Source of the DNA: a virus
Taxonomy: Duplodnaviria > Heunggongvirae > Uroviricota > Caudoviricetes
DNA: 41,036 nt
IMG/VR virus record: IMGVR_UViG_2778261637_000006
Direction: 5' to 3' (one strand)
A program made the position numbers and the translations under genes. Under the pieces are notes generated by a model. The model searched no databases. It saw only the letters and a list, made by a program, of their open reading frames with translations, and was not told where the DNA came from. Positions 36,786-41,036 of the stretch are shown piece after piece (position 1 is the stretch's first letter; the number at the start of each line of letters is the position of its first letter).

Positions 36786-37155
36786 AGGGCCGGAACTCCT
36801 GGTGGAGCTGGCACAGCATACCTCTGAGACCGTTCGCGAGATTATTGATATTGAGCCCGCAATTGCCGACCAGATTGGTCAGGCCGTCGCGAACCGAATG
36901 ATGCAGGTCTGGGGCGGGCAAAACGTTTATTTCCCGATGGGCATGGTATGGAAGGTCAGTCAGCGCGACCGGGAAATCTTCAGGGAGTTTAACGGACGCA
37001 ACCACCACGAACTGGCCCGCAAGTTTGGTGTTTCGCTTCAGTGGGTCTACAGCGTGGTTAAGCGGGTCAGAAAAGAAGAACTGGATCGGATGCAGGGCAG
37101 GTTGTTTGATGAAGATCTGCCAGAGGAGACGAAAGACGTTAACAAATCCAGATAA
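36757..37155 (+). CDS. mor: Middle operon regulator Mor (Mor/C family activator)
   Basis: 132 aa; C-terminal HTH FNGRNHHELARKFGVSLQWVYSVVKRVR matches the Mor pattern. Confidence 0.8.
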   Translation: MSDLNQFRSKGPELLVELAQHTSETVREIIDIEPAIADQIGQAVANRMMQVWGGQNVYFPMGMVWKVSQRDREIFREFNGRNHHELARKFGVSLQWVYSVVKRVRKEELDRMQGRLFDEDLPEETKDVNKSR

Positions 37156-37198
37156 TTCCTGCTTGTTAAAGTCCTTTCAAAAATCTCCTTATTGTATA

Positions 37199-37231
37199 AA
37201 AGCACGGTAGACCCCTTACCGTGCTTTTTTT
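37199..37231 (+). terminator. Rho-independent terminator after mor
   Basis: Stem AGCACGGTA / TACCGTGCT with 7-nt loop followed by TTTTTTT. Confidence 0.8.
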
Positions 37232-37269
37232 ATGCTCTCTCTTTAGTATTCAGGATGCAGGGAGAAAAT

Positions 37270-37902
37270 ATGTTTGACGTTTCGTTGTTAAATCTGCCAT
37301 GGGCAACACTGGTGACCCTGACCAGTGGCTATATTGGGTATTTTATTGCGAATGTGGGACTGAAGGATCACCACAAGCCCATTGAGGTGACTTTTTCTTC
37401 GCTGATTTTTGGCCTGACAGCAATGATGGCTTACCAGGCTGTTATGTGGGCAGGTCTGAATGCCTGGCTGGCAACACCACCAGCACTTCTGTGTGCCCTT
37501 ACATGCGGTGCGTGGTGGCGCAGGTACGGTCGCAAATGGATGTACAGATTACTGTGGAATAATGATATTTCATGGTCTGACGATACCAGCTCAGCATGGC
37601 AGGCAATGTTTGATCAAACAGGCTTCAGCGTTACCGAGGTCAGAGTGATTCTTCGCGATGGTTCCGGTATGATGTCACGGCTGCCAGGGAACTTTGAAGA
37701 GTGGCCTAACGGTCCGTTTACCCTGGGGAATAAAGGCGATATGGTTCTTTACGTCACGCACAGCAGCCCTTCAGGCAGTAACGAATGGGAAGAGTATAAA
37801 GGCGTGGTTGATAAGTACTGGGGAGCTCTGGCAACCTATATTCCAGCAGATCAGATTGCCAGAGTGGAGATCAGGCGCGTTCGTGCAACGAACGATGAAT
37901 GA
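37270..37902 (+). CDS. Membrane protein of unknown function (cargo near the prophage edge)
   Basis: 210 aa from ATG 37270 with GGGAGAA SD; about three N-terminal TM helices then ~110-aa soluble domain; after the mor terminator. Confidence 0.6.
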   Translation: MFDVSLLNLPWATLVTLTSGYIGYFIANVGLKDHHKPIEVTFSSLIFGLTAMMAYQAVMWAGLNAWLATPPALLCALTCGAWWRRYGRKWMYRLLWNNDISWSDDTSSAWQAMFDQTGFSVTEVRVILRDGSGMMSRLPGNFEEWPNGPFTLGNKGDMVLYVTHSSPSGSNEWEEYKGVVDKYWGALATYIPADQIARVEIRRVRATNDE

Positions 37903-38474
37903 TGTTTATTTTTTCCCTGGGGCAGGGGCTGCCGGCATAGTGGTTTTATTGGCAGAGGAAGACGATTCTCCTTTTCTACCGGAATCGCGCTCGAACGTCA
38001 CGATGTGCTTGCTTTTGGGCTTTTCTGAGTAATCCAGGCTATCATGCTTATTGTTTTGAGTAGTCATTGGAATCATCCTTTTTGTTGCGGGTCATGTTTC
38101 AGCAAACTCGATTCTAAGTTGCCAGGAAGGATGATTTCAATGCCCGACTTATCTATCGTATAGCGGAAAAGAATTTCAGTTCTGTTCACCAGAACCCATG
38201 TTAACCCACTCCAATTCGTTATTTATCTCACGGATCCCCCTTCATTTATCTCATGTCTGATCATTTATTCAACCGACGCAATTTTGCGTACCTGCTTCAT
38301 AAGCATCACGCAAAAGCTGCAAAACAGCATCTTTCCCGGAATCACCATCAAGAACTCGCCGTTCGCTTCTTCCCCTGAAATGATTAACTCCGGTATCATG
38401 TGCGCCTTATGTGATTACAACGAAAATAAAAACCATCACACCTCATTTAATATCAGGGAACCGGACATAACCCC

Positions 38475-41036
38475 ATGAGTGCAATAGAAAATTTCGATGC
38501 CCATACGCCCATGATGCAGCAGTATCTCAAGCTGAAAGCCCAGCATCCCGAGATCCTGCTGTTTTACCGGATGGGTGATTTTTATGAACTGTTTTATGAC
38601 GACGCAAAACGCGCGTCGCAACTGCTGGATATTTCACTGACCAAACGCGGTGCTTCGGCGGGAGAGCCGATCCCGATGGCGGGGATCCCCTACCATGCGG
38701 TGGAAAACTACCTCGCCAAACTGGTGAATCAGGGCGAGTCCGTTGCCATCTGCGAACAAATTGGCGATCCAGCGACCAGCAAAGGTCCGGTTGAGCGCAA
38801 AGTTGTGCGTATCGTTACGCCGGGCACCATCAGCGATGAAGCGCTGTTGCAGGAGCGTCAGGATAACCTGCTGGCGGCTATCTGGCAGGACAGCAAAGGT
38901 TTCGGCTACGCGACGCTGGATATCAGTTCCGGGCGTTTTCGCCTGAGCGAACCGGCTGACCGCGAAACGATGGCGGCAGAGCTGCAACGCACTAATCCGG
39001 CAGAGCTGTTGTATGCAGAAAATTTCGCCGAGATGTCGCTGATTGAAGGTCGTCGCGGACTGCGCCGTCGCCCGCTGTGGGAGTTTGAAATCGACACCGC
39101 GCGCCAGCAGTTGAACCTGCAATTTGGCACCCGCGATCTGGTCGGTTTTGGCGTCGAGAACGCGCCGCGCGGACTTTGTGCTGCCGGTTGTCTGTTGCAG
39201 TATGCGAAAGATACTCAACGCACGACCCTGCCGCATATTCGTTCTATCACCATGGAACGTGAGCAGGACAGCATCATTATGGATGCCGCGACGCGTCGTA
39301 ACCTGGAAATTACCCAGAACCTGGCGGGCGGTGCGGAAAATACGCTGGCTTCTGTGCTCGACTGCACCGTCACGCCGATGGGCAGCCGTATGCTGAAACG
39401 CTGGCTGCATATGCCAGTGCGCGATACCCGCGTCTTGCTTGAGCGCCAGCAAACTATTGGCGCATTGCAGGATTTCACCGCCGAGCTGCAGCCGGTACTG
39501 CGTCAGGTCGGCGACCTGGAACGTATTCTGGCGCGTCTGGCTTTACGAACTGCTCGCCCACGCGATCTGGCCCGTATGCGTCACGCTTTCCAGCAACTGC
39601 CGGAGCTGCGCGCGCAGTTAGAAAATGTCGATAGCGCTCCGGTACAGGCGCTGCGTGAAAAAATGGGCGAGTTTGCCGAGCTGCGCGATCTGCTGGAGCG
39701 AGCAATCATCGACACACCGCCGGTGCTGGTACGCGACGGTGGTGTTATCGCACCGGGCTATAACGAAGAGCTGGATGAGTGGCGCGCGCTGGCTGACGGC
39801 GCGACCGATTATCTGGAGCGTCTGGAAGTCCGCGAGCGTGAACGTACTGGCCTGGACACCCTGAAAGTCGGCTTTAACGCGGTTCATGGTTATTACATTC
39901 AGATCAGCCGTGGACAAAGCCATCTGGCACCCATCAATTACATGCGTCGCCAGACGCTGAAAAACGCCGAGCGCTACATTATTCCAGAGCTAAAAGAGTA
40001 CGAAGACAAAGTTCTCACTTCAAAAGGCAAAGCACTGGCACTGGAAAAACAGCTTTATGAAGAGCTGTTCGACCTGCTGTTGCCGCATCTGGAAGCGTTG
40101 CAACAGAGCGCGAGCGCACTGGCGGAACTCGACGTGCTGGTGAACCTGGCGGAACGGGCCTATACCCTGAACTACACCTGCCCGACCTTTATTGATAAAC
40201 CGGGTATTCGCATCACCGAAGGCCGCCATCCGGTGGTTGAACAGGTGCTGAATGAGCCGTTTATCGCCAACCCGCTGAACCTGTCGCCGCAGCGTCGCAT
40301 GTTGATCATTACCGGTCCGAATATGGGCGGTAAAAGTACCTATATGCGCCAGACCGCACTGATTGCGCTGATGGCCTACATCGGCAGCTATGTACCGGCA
40401 CAAAAAGTCGAGATTGGACCTATCGATCGCATCTTTACCCGCGTAGGGGCAGCGGATGATCTGGCATCCGGGCGTTCAACCTTTATGGTGGAAATGACCG
40501 AAACCGCCAATATTTTACATAACGCCACCGAGTACAGTCTGGTACTGATGGATGAGATTGGGCGCGGGACGTCCACTTACGATGGTCTGTCGCTGGCGTG
40601 GGCGTGCGCGGAAAATCTGGCGAATAAGATTAAAGCGTTGACGTTGTTTGCCACCCACTATTTCGAGCTGACCCAGTTACCGGAGAAAATGGAAGGCGTC
40701 GCCAACGTGCATCTCGATGCACTGGAGCACGGCGACACCATTGCCTTTATGCACAGCGTGCAGGATGGCGCGGCGAGCAAAAGCTACGGCCTGGCGGTTG
40801 CAGCCCTTGCGGGCGTGCCAAAAGAGGTGATCAAACGCGCGCGGCAGAAACTGCGTGAGCTGGAGAGCATTTCGCCGAATGCCGCCGCGACGCAGGTAGA
40901 TGGCACGCAGATGTCTTTGCTGTCCGTACCAGAAGAAACTTCGCCTGCGGTCGAGGCACTGGAAAACCTCGACCCGGATTCACTGACTCCGCGTCAGGCG
41001 CTGGAGTGGATTTATCGCTTGAAGAGTCTGGTGTAA
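38475..41036 (+). CDS. mutS: DNA mismatch repair protein MutS (host chromosomal)
   Basis: 853 aa, full length with TAA stop at 41034..41036; mismatch-binding N-terminus and Walker [10 protein letters not shown]; reads as E. coli MutS. Confidence 0.97.
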   Translation: MSAIENFDAHTPMMQQYLKLKAQHPEILLFYRMGDFYELFYDDAKRASQLLDISLTKRGASAGEPIPMAGIPYHAVENYLAKLVNQGESVAICEQIGDPATSKGPVERKVVRIVTPGTISDEALLQERQDNLLAAIWQDSKGFGYATLDISSGRFRLSEPADRETMAAELQRTNPAELLYAENFAEMSLIEGRRGLRRRPLWEFEIDTARQQLNLQFGTRDLVGFGVENAPRGLCAAGCLLQYAKDTQRTTLPHIRSITMEREQDSIIMDAATRRNLEITQNLAGGAENTLASVLDCTVTPMGSRMLKRWLHMPVRDTRVLLERQQTIGALQDFTAELQPVLRQVGDLERILARLALRTARPRDLARMRHAFQQLPELRAQLENVDSAPVQALREKMGEFAELRDLLERAIIDTPPVLVRDGGVIAPGYNEELDEWRALADGATDYLERLEVRERERTGLDTLKVGFNAVHGYYIQISRGQSHLAPINYMRRQTLKNAERYIIPELKEYEDKVLTSKGKALALEKQLYEELFDLLLPHLEALQQSASALAELDVLVNLAERAYTLNYTCPTFIDKPGIRITEGRHPVVEQVLNEPFIANPLNLSPQRRMLIITGPNMGGKSTYMRQTALIALMAYIGSYVPAQKVEIGPIDRIFTRVGAADDLASGRSTFMVEMTETANILHNATEYSLVLMDEIGRGTSTYDGLSLAWACAENLANKIKALTLFATHYFELTQLPEKMEGVANVHLDALEHGDTIAFMHSVQDGAASKSYGLAVAALAGVPKEVIKRARQKLRELESISPNAAATQVDGTQMSLLSVPEETSPAVEALENLDPDSLTPRQALEWIYRLKSLV

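Larger units (their letters stand above)
1..38000. mobile_element. Mu-like transposable prophage, left edge beyond the window, right edge somewhere in 37903..38474
   Basis: One copy each of DDE transposase, AAA+ B-like ATPase, Gam, GemA, Mor, DUF935 portal, Mu F/G/I/T head genes, contractile tail, invertase and invertible fibre region; no integrase. Ends not identified. Confidence 0.85.

Noticed and set aside
37192-37269. Longer start for the membrane protein as in the ORF track (37192)
   Set aside because: That start would lie inside the mor terminator hairpin and T-run; ATG 37270 has a proper SD.
38284-38621. Small ORFs 38284..38478 (+) and 38436..38621 (-) at the mutS start
   Set aside because: They overlap the mutS promoter and start region, have no SD or coupling, and the minus-strand one is antisense to mutS codons.
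1-41036. Integrase, tRNA attachment site, rRNA or tRNA genes
   Set aside because: No tyrosine-integrase-like ORF and no stretch recognisable by eye as a tRNA or rRNA; transposition genes fit a Mu-type integration mode instead.

Overview
Almost the whole window (about 1..38,000) is a Mu-like transposable prophage in an Escherichia/Shigella-type chromosome, ending next to an intact host mutS gene (38475..41036, + strand). The minus strand 1..26158 carries a complete late module, read right to left: holin, SLT-type endolysin, nested spanins, terminase, DUF935-type portal, Mu F/G/I/T head genes, sheath, tube, frameshifted tail chaperone, tape measure, P2/Mu-type baseplate, tail fibre and tail-fibre assembly gene, an invertible tail-fibre cassette region and a Gin/Pin/Cin-family invertase. 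The plus strand 29105..37155 carries the early module: Ner/Cro-like protein, DDE transposase A, AAA+ transposition ATPase B, Gam, GemA, Mor, plus several small accessory genes. An XRE-type repressor lies on the minus strand just upstream of it. Between the two modules (26256..28549) sit an antisense P-loop protein gene, two small unknown ORFs and a Dam-like adenine methyltransferase. The main points worth follow-up are a three-site tail-fibre inversion system with only one assembly chaperone, the divergent orientation of early and late modules, a short transposase paired with a non-Mu repressor, and several uncharacterised cargo genes that are candidates for defence or anti-defence functions. 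All calls rest on reading the supplied translations and sequence by eye; no database search was run.
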